A DNA stretch of 64,000 nt from a virus (lineage: Duplodnaviria > Caudoviricetes), in IMG/VR virus record IMGVR_UViG_3300013121_000033, positions 1-64,000 of that record; one strand, written 5' to 3'. The notes below the pieces were generated by a model. The model was not told the DNA's origin, did not search any database, and was given only the letters and a program-made list of their open reading frames with translations. Each line of letters starts with the position of its first letter. Positions within the stretch are counted from its first letter, which is position 1. Below, one piece after another: positions 9,923 to 19,067 of the stretch. Both the position numbers and the translations under genes were made by a program.

Positions 9923-10384
9923 ATGGACACCACCGAAGCACCCCCAGGCGTCGACCCGATCGGGTTCGCCATGACCGTCCGCGGCCAGCGGCACGAGGTC
10001 ATCGGCACCTCGGTCGACGCCGAGGACGAGTACGCGTTCGAGATGGAGACCGGCCGCGCCCTGCAGGACTTCCTGTCCGGCGAGCTCAACCAGGCACGCC
10101 TCGCCGTCATGTGGTGGCTCGCCCGCCGCCACGCCGGCGAGACCCGCCTCAAGGTCGAGACCTGCGTCACCCAGTTCCCCAAGCCGCTCGAGGTCGCCGG
10201 CGCCAAGGCCGTCGACGGCGACGACCAGACCGTGTTCCAGCTCGAGGAGCTCTACCCCGACGAGGCCACCTCCCCGGAAGCGTCCGGCGGGAGCTCGGAC
10301 CCGACTGGCCTGACCTCTCCCGCCTCTACGGCCTCCACCCCTGGCACGTCGGCGGACCCGAGCGGCTCTCCCGAGCCGAGCTGA
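9923..10384 (+). CDS. Tail assembly chaperone (G); G-T extension to 10464 by probable -1 frameshift
   Basis: Immediately upstream of the tape measure gene; the overlapping -1 frame encodes LSRLYGLHPW...LSRAEL, typical of T segments. Confidence 0.75.
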   Translation: MDTTEAPPGVDPIGFAMTVRGQRHEVIGTSVDAEDEYAFEMETGRALQDFLSGELNQARLAVMWWLARRHAGETRLKVETCVTQFPKPLEVAGAKAVDGDDQTVFQLEELYPDEATSPEASGGSSDPTGLTSPASTASTPGTSADPSGSPEPS

Positions 10385-10482
10385 GCGTCTACCGCGACCA
10401 CCTCGAGCAGGTCCGCAAGGCCGACCGAGAACGCGCCCGCGCCGCGAAGCGCAACCGCCGATGAACCCGGGGAGGTGACCTG

Positions 10483-13377
10483 ATGGCCCGATCCCGCCGC
10501 CTCGAGGTCGTCTTCGCCGGCGACGCCAAGGGCGCGCTCACATCGATGACCGCCGTCGAGCGCAAGGCCGGCGGGCTCGGGTCCAGCATGGCCGGGCTCG
10601 GCACCGCCGCGGCCGCGGCCGGCGTCGCGATCGGCGCAGCCGCGATCGGCGCCGGGATCGCCCTGTACGGGATCGGGTCGAGCTTCGACGAGGCGTACGA
10701 CAAGATCCGGGTCGGGACCGGCGCGACCGGCCGCCGGCTCGAAGGGCTGCAGCAGTCGTTCCGCAACGTCGCGGCCGACATCCCCGCCAGCTTCGGTGAC
10801 GTCTCCACGGCGATCACCGACGTGAACCGGCGACTCGGCCTCACGGGCCCTCAGCTCGAGACCGTGTCAGGCCAGATGCTCAACCTGAGCCGGATCACCG
10901 ACACCGACCTCGGGTCGAACCTGCAGAACCTCACCCGGGTGTTCGGCGACTGGGGCGTCCAGGCCGACCAGATGCCCTCGGTGATGGATCAGATGTTCCG
11001 CGCCACCCAGCAGTCCGGCGTCGGCCTCGACCAGCTGTCCTCCCAGGTCGTCCAGTTCGGCGCGCCCCTGCGGAACCTCGGGTTCTCGTTCTCCGACAGC
11101 GTGGCGATGCTCTCCCAGTTCGAGGCCCAGGGAGTCAACACCAGCACCGTGATGTCCGGCCTCCGGCAGGGCCTCCGCAACTTCGCCGAGGACGGCGAGG
11201 CCCCCGCCGACGCGTTCCGCCGGTTCGTCGACGGGGTCCGCGACGGCACCCTCGACATGACCGACGCCATGGAGACCTTCGGGGGCCGCGCCGGCGCCGA
11301 CATGTTCGCAGCGATCTCCGAGGGCCGGTTCGACTTCGACCAGCTCTCTGCGTCGATCTCGAACGGCACCGACACCATCAACCAGGCCGCCCACGACACC
11401 GAGGACTTCGGCGAGAAGTGGCAGCGCATCAAGAACCGGGTGTTCCTGGCGCTCGAGCCCGTCGCCATGCGGGTGTTCGACGCGGTCGGCGACGCCATGG
11501 ACGACCTCGGCCCCAAGGTCGACCAGTTGTCCAGATGGTTCACCGAGAACATCCCGCCCGCCATGGCCCGCGTTCAAGCGATCTTCGAGCGGGTCTGGCC
11601 GCGCGCCCGGGAGCTGTTCCTCGGCGCTGTGTCGGCGATCTCGAACTGGTGGGCTCAGAACGGGCCGGGGATCATGTCGACCCTCCACGACCTGGGCGAC
11701 ACCTGGCAGGCGGCGTTCGACGCGATCCGCCTCGTGGTCGAACGGGTCCTCGGGGTCGTGACGAACCTGTGGGACCGGTTCGGCGGCCAGTGGCTGGGCC
11801 ACGTCCAGACCGCGTTCTCAGCGATCATCGAGACCTTCCAGGGTGCCCTCGGGATCTTCCGAGGGATCTGGGAGACCTTCGCCGCGGTCTTCCGGGGCGA
11901 CTGGTCCGGCGCCTGGAACGGGATCAAGGACATCTTCGCGGGGGTGTGGCACCTGATCCGAGGTGCCGCACGACTCGCGATCAACGCCGTGTCGGGGATC
12001 ATCGGCGCCGGCATGGCCGCCATCTCGATGGCGTGGGGGTACGCGTGGCGAGGGATCCGCGGCGTGTTCTCCCGCGTGTGGGACGGCATCAAGAGCGGGC
12101 TCCGCGGCGCGATCGACGCCGTGAAGGGCGCCATCCGCGGCGGCGTCGACGCCATCGGCCGGATCTGGTCGGGGATCAAGTCGGCGATGTCGGGCCCGAT
12201 CAACTGGGTGATCGACAACGTCATCAATCGGTTCCTCGGTGTGATGCGCACCGTCGCGGGTGTCGTGAACCTCGGCGGGATCATCCCCGACAACGTCGGC
12301 CACGTCGGCGGCGGCGGCTCCTCCGGTGGAGGGTCGTCGCGGCGGCTTGGCCTGCAGTACCACGAGGGTGGCGTCGTGGGCCGCTCCGGCGGCTCCGCCC
12401 ACCGTGGGCCGCTGCGACCCGGGGAAGTCCCGGCGGTGCTCCAGCTCGGCGAGACCGTCGTCGACCGCCACGGCCTCGTCGCCGGCCGGCCCGCCGCGGA
12501 CGTACTCGCCGAGCGCTACGGGATCCGCTCCGACTCGGAGCTGCGCGCCCTCGGCCTCCCCGTCGGCGGTTTCCCCAACCCCGTCTCGGCCATCGCCGGG
12601 ATCGCGTCAGACGCGGTCCACTCGGTCGCTCAGCGGCTCCGGGACCTCGCCGCCGGCGGCCTCGCCCGGCTACTCGACCCGATCCGCACGGCGATCGGCA
12701 CCGCCGGCGACCGGTTCGGCATCCCCGGCCGAGTGTTCGCCGGGATGGTCAACCGGCCCCTCGACGCCCTGCTGATGTGGGTCGCCGGCGCCTCCAACGA
12801 GGCCGACAGCCGAGATGTCCCGGCGTCGTTCGGGCCCGGGATGATCTGGCAGCAGCTGTGGAACGTCGTGCACCACCAGTTCCCCTCGGCGCAGCTCACC
12901 TCGGGGTTCCGGCCCGGCGCGATCACCGCCACCGGGAACCAGTCGCTGCACGCCCGCGGCCGAGCGATCGACGTCAGCCCCGACATGGCGATCTTCAACT
13001 GGCTCGCCTCGACCTACCCGAACTCGGGAGAGCTGATCTTCTCGCCGGCGAACGGCCGTCAGCTGTACCGCGGGCAGCCGCACTTCTACGGAGAACCGAC
13101 CCGAGGCGACCACTGGGACCACATCCACTGGGGGATGTTCGACCGTGGCGGCTTCCTGCAGCCCGGCCTCACGCTCGCCTACAACGGCACCGGCCGCCCC
13201 GAGCCCGTCGGCCACCACCTCAGCGGCGGAACCATCGAGCTGCACTTCCACGCCGACGTCGCCGTGGCCGGCTCCGTGCTCGCCGAGCGTGACCTGGTCG
13301 AGGCCCTCGACTCGGCGCTCCGCAAGGGGGTCCGCGCCCACGAGCTCGAGCGGCTCATCCGGCAGGTGACCGGATGA
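10483..13377 (+). CDS. Tape measure protein with C-terminal peptidase-like domain
   Basis: 964 aa; Trp-periodic amphipathic repeats; HEGG and DRGG motifs; HARGRAID...HWDHIHW. Confidence 0.92.
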   Translation: MARSRRLEVVFAGDAKGALTSMTAVERKAGGLGSSMAGLGTAAAAAGVAIGAAAIGAGIALYGIGSSFDEAYDKIRVGTGATGRRLEGLQQSFRNVAADIPASFGDVSTAITDVNRRLGLTGPQLETVSGQMLNLSRITDTDLGSNLQNLTRVFGDWGVQADQMPSVMDQMFRATQQSGVGLDQLSSQVVQFGAPLRNLGFSFSDSVAMLSQFEAQGVNTSTVMSGLRQGLRNFAEDGEAPADAFRRFVDGVRDGTLDMTDAMETFGGRAGADMFAAISEGRFDFDQLSASISNGTDTINQAAHDTEDFGEKWQRIKNRVFLALEPVAMRVFDAVGDAMDDLGPKVDQLSRWFTENIPPAMARVQAIFERVWPRARELFLGAVSAISNWWAQNGPGIMSTLHDLGDTWQAAFDAIRLVVERVLGVVTNLWDRFGGQWLGHVQTAFSAIIETFQGALGIFRGIWETFAAVFRGDWSGAWNGIKDIFAGVWHLIRGAARLAINAVSGIIGAGMAAISMAWGYAWRGIRGVFSRVWDGIKSGLRGAIDAVKGAIRGGVDAIGRIWSGIKSAMSGPINWVIDNVINRFLGVMRTVAGVVNLGGIIPDNVGHVGGGGSSGGGSSRRLGLQYHEGGVVGRSGGSAHRGPLRPGEVPAVLQLGETVVDRHGLVAGRPAADVLAERYGIRSDSELRALGLPVGGFPNPVSAIAGIASDAVHSVAQRLRDLAAGGLARLLDPIRTAIGTAGDRFGIPGRVFAGMVNRPLDALLMWVAGASNEADSRDVPASFGPGMIWQQLWNVVHHQFPSAQLTSGFRPGAITATGNQSLHARGRAIDVSPDMAIFNWLASTYPNSGELIFSPANGRQLYRGQPHFYGEPTRGDHWDHIHWGMFDRGGFLQPGLTLAYNGTGRPEPVGHHLSGGTIELHFHADVAVAGSVLAERDLVEALDSALRKGVRAHELERLIRQVTG

Positions 13378-15959
13378 CGCTGCCCACGCTGCGCGCCCAG
13401 GTCGCGTTCGACACCGCCCCACTGGCCGCCACCCCGACGTGGACCACGATCCACGAGGGCACCACCACCCGCCGGGCCACCCAGGTGCAGACCCGATCTG
13501 GCCGCAGCTTCGAACTCGACGCGTTCCAGCCCGCGACCATGTCGGTCGACCTCGACAACTCCGACCGCCGGTTCGACCCGCTCCACGCCACCGGCCCGTA
13601 CTTCGGGAAGCTCCTGCCGAGGAAGCGGTGCCGCCTCCAGGCGGACTGGGGCACCTACCTCAACTGCACCGGCGCGTCCGGCGCGGCTGCGTACACCGCT
13701 GACGCGGCGGCGCTCGACATCGTCGGCGACATCGACCTACGCGCCCGGGTAGCCCCAGCGGACTGGACGCCGTCAGCGAACGCGACGCTCGTAGCGAAAG
13801 GCTCACTCGCAGCGTCGCAGTTCTCCTACAGCCTCGGCCTGACCACGAGTGGGGCCCTGATCCTCGCCTGGTCGACGAACGGGACCATCGGCGGGATCGT
13901 CGCCGCGACGTCGACGGCCGCGGTCGCCGCTGCGGACGGCGACATCCGTTGGGTCCGGGCGACGCTGGACGTCGACGACGGCGCCGGGAACCGGGTGGTG
14001 AAGTTCTGGGCGTCGACCGACGACACCCACGACCACACCGCGGTGACCTGGACGCAGCTCGGCGCGACGGTCACGACCGCCGGCGTGACCTCGATCTGGT
14101 CCGGCACCGCGTTCGTCACGGTCGGCGCGCTCGCCGACGACACCGCCCGACTCACCGGGAAGGTGTACGCCGCCGCGATCCTGAGCGGCGTCGGGGGAAC
14201 GGTCGTCGCGAACCCCGACTTCACCGACGGCAACCGGTTCTCGCCCGGCGCGACCGCCGGCACCGACAGCGCCGGCCGCACGTGGACGGTGTCGTCGCCG
14301 GCCACCCTCGTCGCGGTCACCTACGACCTGTTCTCTGGGTTCGTCGACACGTGGCCCCAGCAGTTCGGCCGGTACCAGGCGACCGCTGAGCTGACCGCGA
14401 CGGACGGGTTCAAGATCCTCTCGAAGATCGACATCGCCGGGGCCTACGAGGAGGTCGTCCGCTCCGACAGCCCCGCCGGCTGGTGGCGGCTCGGCGACAA
14501 CACCCCCACCACCGACCTGTGCTCGGACAGCTCCGGCGGCGGCCATGACGGGCAGTACAAGGGCGGCCCGACCCGCGTCGACTCGCTCGTCGCGGCCACC
14601 ACCGACGGCGCCGTCGACTTCGACGGCGCCAACGACAAGCTCGAGCTGCCCGCCGAGACGTTCGGCACCGCGTCGAACAACTCGCTACCCGTCTCGTTCG
14701 AGCTCTGGATCGCGACCAGCATGGTCCCGGCCGGGTCGAGCCCCGGTGCAGTGATCATGTCGATCAACATCCCGTACGGCAACGCCGGCGGGTTCCTGGA
14801 CCTGTTCGCCTTCTACCTCCGCGCCGACGGCACCGTCAGGTTCCAGGCGCTGATCGGCCCGCCAGGCGGATGGAACCTCACCACCGCCACCTCCGCCGGC
14901 GCCGTCAACAACGGCGCCGTCCACCACCTGGTCGGCACCGTGGACACCGACAAGAAGGCCCGCCTCTACATCGACGGCACCCTCGTAGCCACCGGCCCCG
15001 CCCCGGCCTTCTCCGGGTACGTCTCCCCCGACCGGGCCCTGCTCGCAGCACCCCGGATCAACACCACCGGCTACTACAAGCTCGACGGCGCCCTCGACGA
15101 GATCGCCTTCTACACGACCGCGCTGACCGACACCCAGGTCGCCAACCACTACAACGCCGGCGCCAACCGGTGGTCCGGCGACACCACCGGCGCCCGCATC
15201 GGCCGGGTCCTCGACCTCGCCGGCTGGCCCACCGCCGACCGCGACCTCGACACCGGCCGCTCCACCATGGGCGCCTACCAGGGCGCCGACTCCAACACCC
15301 TCGCGATCGCCCAGGAGGCTGAGGCGACCGAAGGCGGCACGCTCTGGCAGTCGCCGGGCGGGAAGATCACGTTCAGGGATCGCCACGCCCCCATCCAGGA
15401 CTGGAACGCCACCACGAGCCAGGCCACCTTCACCGACGACCCGGCCGCCGCAGCCCCCCAGCCGTACACCACGCTCGACCTCAGCTACGACGACAGCCTG
15501 ATCGTCAACGAGGCCGAGGTCTCGTGGACCGGCGGTGCCGAGACGTCACGCGACCAGGCGTCGGTCGACGCGTACACCCGCCAGGCAGTCCGGATCGACA
15601 CCGCCCTCACGACCGCGCCCGAAGCCCGCGACCGCGGCGACTGGCTTCTCGCCCGCTACGCCCAGCCCGCCGTCCGCCCCGAACGGGTCGTGCTCCGCCC
15701 CGCCGCCGACGCCCGCCTCTGGCGGCACTGCCTCGCCCGCAAGATCGGCGACCGCGTCACCGTCCGCAGGCTCCCGCAGAACACCGGGTCCGCCATCCAG
15801 TTCGACGCGGTCATCGAGTCGATCGCCCACCGCATCGCAGACGGCCGCAACACGTGGGAGACCGAGTTCGGGCTCTCGCCGACCGCCGTCGACCGCGGCT
15901 GGCTCGTCGTCGACGACACCGCCAAGGGCCTGCTCGACACCGGCCGCCTCGCCTTCTAG
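13374..15959 (+). CDS. Minor tail / baseplate protein with LamG (ConA-like) domains
   Basis: LDNSDRRFDP N-terminus; GWWRLGD, HHLVGT, LYIDG, GALDEIAFY. Confidence 0.85.
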   Translation: MTLPTLRAQVAFDTAPLAATPTWTTIHEGTTTRRATQVQTRSGRSFELDAFQPATMSVDLDNSDRRFDPLHATGPYFGKLLPRKRCRLQADWGTYLNCTGASGAAAYTADAAALDIVGDIDLRARVAPADWTPSANATLVAKGSLAASQFSYSLGLTTSGALILAWSTNGTIGGIVAATSTAAVAAADGDIRWVRATLDVDDGAGNRVVKFWASTDDTHDHTAVTWTQLGATVTTAGVTSIWSGTAFVTVGALADDTARLTGKVYAAAILSGVGGTVVANPDFTDGNRFSPGATAGTDSAGRTWTVSSPATLVAVTYDLFSGFVDTWPQQFGRYQATAELTATDGFKILSKIDIAGAYEEVVRSDSPAGWWRLGDNTPTTDLCSDSSGGGHDGQYKGGPTRVDSLVAATTDGAVDFDGANDKLELPAETFGTASNNSLPVSFELWIATSMVPAGSSPGAVIMSINIPYGNAGGFLDLFAFYLRADGTVRFQALIGPPGGWNLTTATSAGAVNNGAVHHLVGTVDTDKKARLYIDGTLVATGPAPAFSGYVSPDRALLAAPRINTTGYYKLDGALDEIAFYTTALTDTQVANHYNAGANRWSGDTTGARIGRVLDLAGWPTADRDLDTGRSTMGAYQGADSNTLAIAQEAEATEGGTLWQSPGGKITFRDRHAPIQDWNATTSQATFTDDPAAAAPQPYTTLDLSYDDSLIVNEAEVSWTGGAETSRDQASVDAYTRQAVRIDTALTTAPEARDRGDWLLARYAQPAVRPERVVLRPAADARLWRHCLARKIGDRVTVRRLPQNTGSAIQFDAVIESIAHRIADGRNTWETEFGLSPTAVDRGWLVVDDTAKGLLDTGRLAF

Positions 15960-15969
15960 GAGGAACCCA

Positions 15970-16503
15970 TTGGCCTGGACCCCCCCGAAGACCTGGTCGG
16001 TCGGCGACGTCCTCACCGCCGCCGACCTCAACGCCTACGTCCGCGACAACGCGAAGTGGCTCGGCACCGACAAGCCGCACTGCCGGGTCCGGAACTCCGC
16101 CAACATCTCGCACACCTCCACCGGCAACTACCAGGCCCTGACGTTCGACTCGGAACGCGTCGACGTCGGCGCCATGCACGACACCTCGACCAACACGGGC
16201 CGGCTCACCGTCCCCGCCGGCGGCGGAGGGTTCTACCAGGTCGGCGGGTGCATCGAGTTCGCCTCGAACGGGACCGGCCGGCGCGGCATCCAGGTCCGCC
16301 TCAACGGGACCACCGTGATCGCCCGCCAAGAAGCCCAGGCGATCTCCGCCAACGACCATCCCCTCACGATCTCCACCGTCTACCAGCTCGCCGCCGGCGA
16401 CTACCTCGAGCTGCTCGGCTTCCAGTCGTCCGGAGCGAACCTCAACATGCTGGCGAGCTCCGCGTACGCGCCCGAGTTCTGGGCCCACTGGCTCGCCACC
16501 TGA
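15970..16503 (+). CDS. Minor tail protein / fibre (C1q-like beta sandwich)
   Basis: TTG start after AGGAGG; W..GDVLTAADLNAYVRDN; RLTVP..GFYQV, LAAGDYLEL. Confidence 0.75.
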   Translation: MAWTPPKTWSVGDVLTAADLNAYVRDNAKWLGTDKPHCRVRNSANISHTSTGNYQALTFDSERVDVGAMHDTSTNTGRLTVPAGGGGFYQVGGCIEFASNGTGRRGIQVRLNGTTVIARQEAQAISANDHPLTISTVYQLAAGDYLELLGFQSSGANLNMLASSAYAPEFWAHWLAT

Positions 16504-16596
16504 GCCGCTCGGGCGGTTGACCCCGCCCTGACCGTCCGCGGCGCCGCACACGGCGCCTCAGACACCGATCCCGACGACGAAAGGACCCGTACCCCG

Positions 16597-16857
16597 ATGC
16601 GCAACCTTGTCGCGCGCCTCTGGCGCGCCATCACCCGCGAGCGAGCCGTCATCACCGGCATCGCACTGGCCGTGCTCGAGGCCGTCTCCCGCGGCGAGAT
16701 CACCAAGGCGACGGCCGTCCCGGTGATCGCCGGGATCGTCCTCCGGTTCTTCGTCACCCCCTACGACCGCCCCGCGCTCCGCGGCCCGGAGCTCGGCGAC
16801 CACGCCGACCACGCCGACCCCGAGGCCTTCCACGCCGGCCGCGCTCCCCTGTCGTGA
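16597..16857 (+). CDS. Putative holin
   Basis: Two hydrophobic segments ending R.FVTP; adjacent to the endolysin. Confidence 0.6.
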   Translation: MRNLVARLWRAITRERAVITGIALAVLEAVSRGEITKATAVPVIAGIVLRFFVTPYDRPALRGPELGDHADHADPEAFHAGRAPLS

Positions 16858-17621
16858 GCAAGACGCCCCTCACCACCGCCCAGGCCCGAGCGGCGTGGGC
16901 CCCGGCGTGCTCCACCTCGAGGACCACCGCCCGGTTCTTCACCGGCGTGCAGGTCACGATCGACCCGCGGGTCGTGCCGGCGTTCGCCGCGCTCGACGAG
17001 GCCCTGAAGCGCCACGGCTACCGTCCGCGGCCCGGCGTCACCGGCGCCTACGTGTGCCGGCAGATCACCGGCGGGAGCGGCTACTCCCTCCACGCCTACG
17101 GCACCGCGATCGACATCAACTGGGACACCAACCCGTACCGGGCAGACGGCCGCCTCGTCACAGACATGCCGCCGGCGATGATCTCCGACATCACCGGGAT
17201 GCGCACGAACTCCGGCGCCCCGGTGTGGGGGTGGGGCGGCGCCTACCGGTCCATCAAGGACGCCATGCACTTCGAGATCGTCTGCACCCCCGCCGACCTC
17301 GCCACCGGTGTCGCCGGCGCCAAAGGCCCGCTCACCAAGACCGAGAAGCTCTTCATCTGGCTCAAGGCCGGCGCACTCGCCGCCCGCAAACCGTTCCTCC
17401 GTCCGGGCTCGGAGAATGACCCGGCCAAGGTCGAGGCGATCAAGGCCGCCCAGCAGCTCCTCGGCCTGCCGCAGACCGGCACCTACGGTCCCGCGACCGT
17501 CAAGGCGGTCAAGGCCTTCCAGGGCTTCTTCGGCATCCCCCACCGCGGTCCCGCCGGCCGGATCAACCGCCGCACCTGGCAGTGGCTCATCTACGGGGCG
17601 TTCACGAAGGGCCGCACCTGA
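16854..17621 (+). CDS. Endolysin: M15 peptidase plus peptidoglycan-binding domain
   Basis: SLHAYGTAIDINW, WGG..., DAMHFE; TGTYGPATVKAVKAFQ. Confidence 0.9.
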   Translation: MSKTPLTTAQARAAWAPACSTSRTTARFFTGVQVTIDPRVVPAFAALDEALKRHGYRPRPGVTGAYVCRQITGGSGYSLHAYGTAIDINWDTNPYRADGRLVTDMPPAMISDITGMRTNSGAPVWGWGGAYRSIKDAMHFEIVCTPADLATGVAGAKGPLTKTEKLFIWLKAGALAARKPFLRPGSENDPAKVEAIKAAQQLLGLPQTGTYGPATVKAVKAFQGFFGIPHRGPAGRINRRTWQWLIYGAFTKGRT

Positions 17622-17624
17622 GCG

Positions 17625-18047
17625 ATGACCGCCTCGATTCCGCCGTGGCTCGCTGACCTCGGCGCCGGTTCCGGCGCCATCGCCGCGACCATCGGCCTCG
17701 TCATCATCGTCGCCGGCCTCATCGGCCGCGCCTTCCGACGAGGCGCCCGCGCCCTCCACGACGTCATCCACGCCGAGGTGCCCGCCGCCATGGCCGCCGC
17801 GGCGCCCACCGTGACCCGCGACCTCGTCCGCCGCGAGGTCGCCGACGCGATCGAGCCGCACGCCGCCGAGCTGCGCGGCGAGCTCCGCGGCCTCGCAGCG
17901 CAGATGCAGCCCAACGGCGGCGAGTCGATGCGCGACCAGATCGACACGGTCAACCGGCGTGTGGCGTCGCTCGAGGCCGGGCAGCGGAAGATCTTCGCCC
18001 ACCTCTCCCCGGGGCACCACCTCGACGACGACGCCGGCGAGACGTAG
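17625..18047 (+). CDS. Lysis-module membrane protein
   Basis: N-terminal TM, coiled coil, PNGGESMRD motif common in actinophage lysis cassettes. Confidence 0.65.
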   Translation: MTASIPPWLADLGAGSGAIAATIGLVIIVAGLIGRAFRRGARALHDVIHAEVPAAMAAAAPTVTRDLVRREVADAIEPHAAELRGELRGLAAQMQPNGGESMRDQIDTVNRRVASLEAGQRKIFAHLSPGHHLDDDAGET

Positions 18048-18068
18048 AGCGCTTCCTAGGCACCTCGA

Positions 18069-18099
18069 GAAGGCCCCCGGCGATCAGCCGGGGGCCTTC
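18069..18099. terminator. Bidirectional terminator hairpin
   Basis: Perfect 13-bp stem GAAGGCCCCCGGC/GCCGGGGGCCTTC between convergent genes. Confidence 0.8.
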
Positions 18100-18163
18100 G
18101 TCGCGTCCAGGCGACCGGATCGGCCGCGGGTGTCACCCCACCGCCGAAACGTCACGTGACGAA

Positions 18164-18439
18164 TCAGAACGGCGGCGGGCCCGAACCGCGCACCGTGGCC
18201 CACGCCTCGCCGGCACCGACCGGCAGGTTGGTGATGATGATGTCGCCGTGGCGGCCGTCGACGACGATCGTGACCCCGTCCGCGCCGAGCATGTCGAAGA
18301 GGTCCCCGCCGTCGTCGACCCGCACTCGGCCCTCCCAGCTGCCGAGGCCGTTCGGGTCGTGCCGGACGACGAGGGAGGCGTGGACGGCGACGACCTGGTC
18401 GCCGTGCTCGATCTGTGCGGGCCCGTTGTAGGTGCTCAT
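18164..18439 (-). CDS. DUF4873-like small protein
   Basis: Y.GPA.I N-terminus, W.G, C-terminal GSGPPPF. Confidence 0.55.
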   Translation of the reverse strand: MSTYNGPAQIEHGDQVVAVHASLVVRHDPNGLGSWEGRVRVDDGGDLFDMLGADGVTIVVDGRHGDIIITNLPVGAGEAWATVRGSGPPPF

Positions 18440-18466
18440 GGGGTGAAATGGTCGCGCGCCTGCCGG

Positions 18467-18694
18467 TTACGGCGCTGGTTGTTCGCTGCCGGTGACCACC
18501 TTCTTGGCCCACGTGTGGGACACGCCGGCGGTGTCGGCGATCTCTCGCCAGCTGGCGCCGGCGGCGTGCGCAGTGCGGATGAGGTCGTCGCGTCGCTCGG
18601 CGAGCTCCTGGACCTTGCGTTGTGCCTTCTCGAGGTTGGCGCGGGTGGCGGCGAGCTCGGCAGCGACGTCGTCCGGGACGGGTCGGCGCTGCAT
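18467..18694 (-). CDS. Small coiled-coil + HTH DNA-binding protein
   Basis: RDDLIRTAHAAGASWREIADTAGVS. Confidence 0.7.
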   Translation of the reverse strand: MQRRPVPDDVAAELAATRANLEKAQRKVQELAERRDDLIRTAHAAGASWREIADTAGVSHTWAKKVVTGSEQPAP

Positions 18695-19024
18695 CAGTCG
18701 GGAGGGTTGCCGTCGACGTAGACGAGCATCTCGGTGTCGCCGCGCACGGCGTAGAGCCGGCCGTCGTCGATGCGGTCGTACCACCGGCCAGTCCGGCAAC
18801 CCCACCAGCGCGACCGCCTGACGGAACGCGTGCTCGCCGTCGATGGCCGCCGTGACGGCGTCGTCCGCCTGGCCGACGTTGATGATCACCCCGAACGACC
18901 CGCGGCCGGCCCGAGCGACCGCGCCGTAGTCCGCGAGCGCATCCACGAGCTCGCCGACGAGGTCCTCGTCGACGGCGCCCTCGCCGGCGACGTCGATCAC
19001 CGCAGTCCATCCGCCGATGTCCAC
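18694..19024 (-). pseudogene. Frameshifted or chimeric ORF
   Basis: The codon-biased frame switches at ~18780 (..GLPDWPV | WYDRIDDG..PPD*). Confidence 0.45.
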
Positions 19025-19067
19025 CGGCCCGCACGCTACCGGCCCGCCCGGCACCGCGCCCCGGCGT

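Noticed and set aside
18100-18163. GTCACGTGAC palindrome as attP
   Set aside because: Too short and no attB for comparison; attP could not be assigned from sequence alone.
6700-18860. VTAA occurrences in phage 1 proteins
   Set aside because: Isolated, not at evident domain borders; treated as background for the phage 2 motif.
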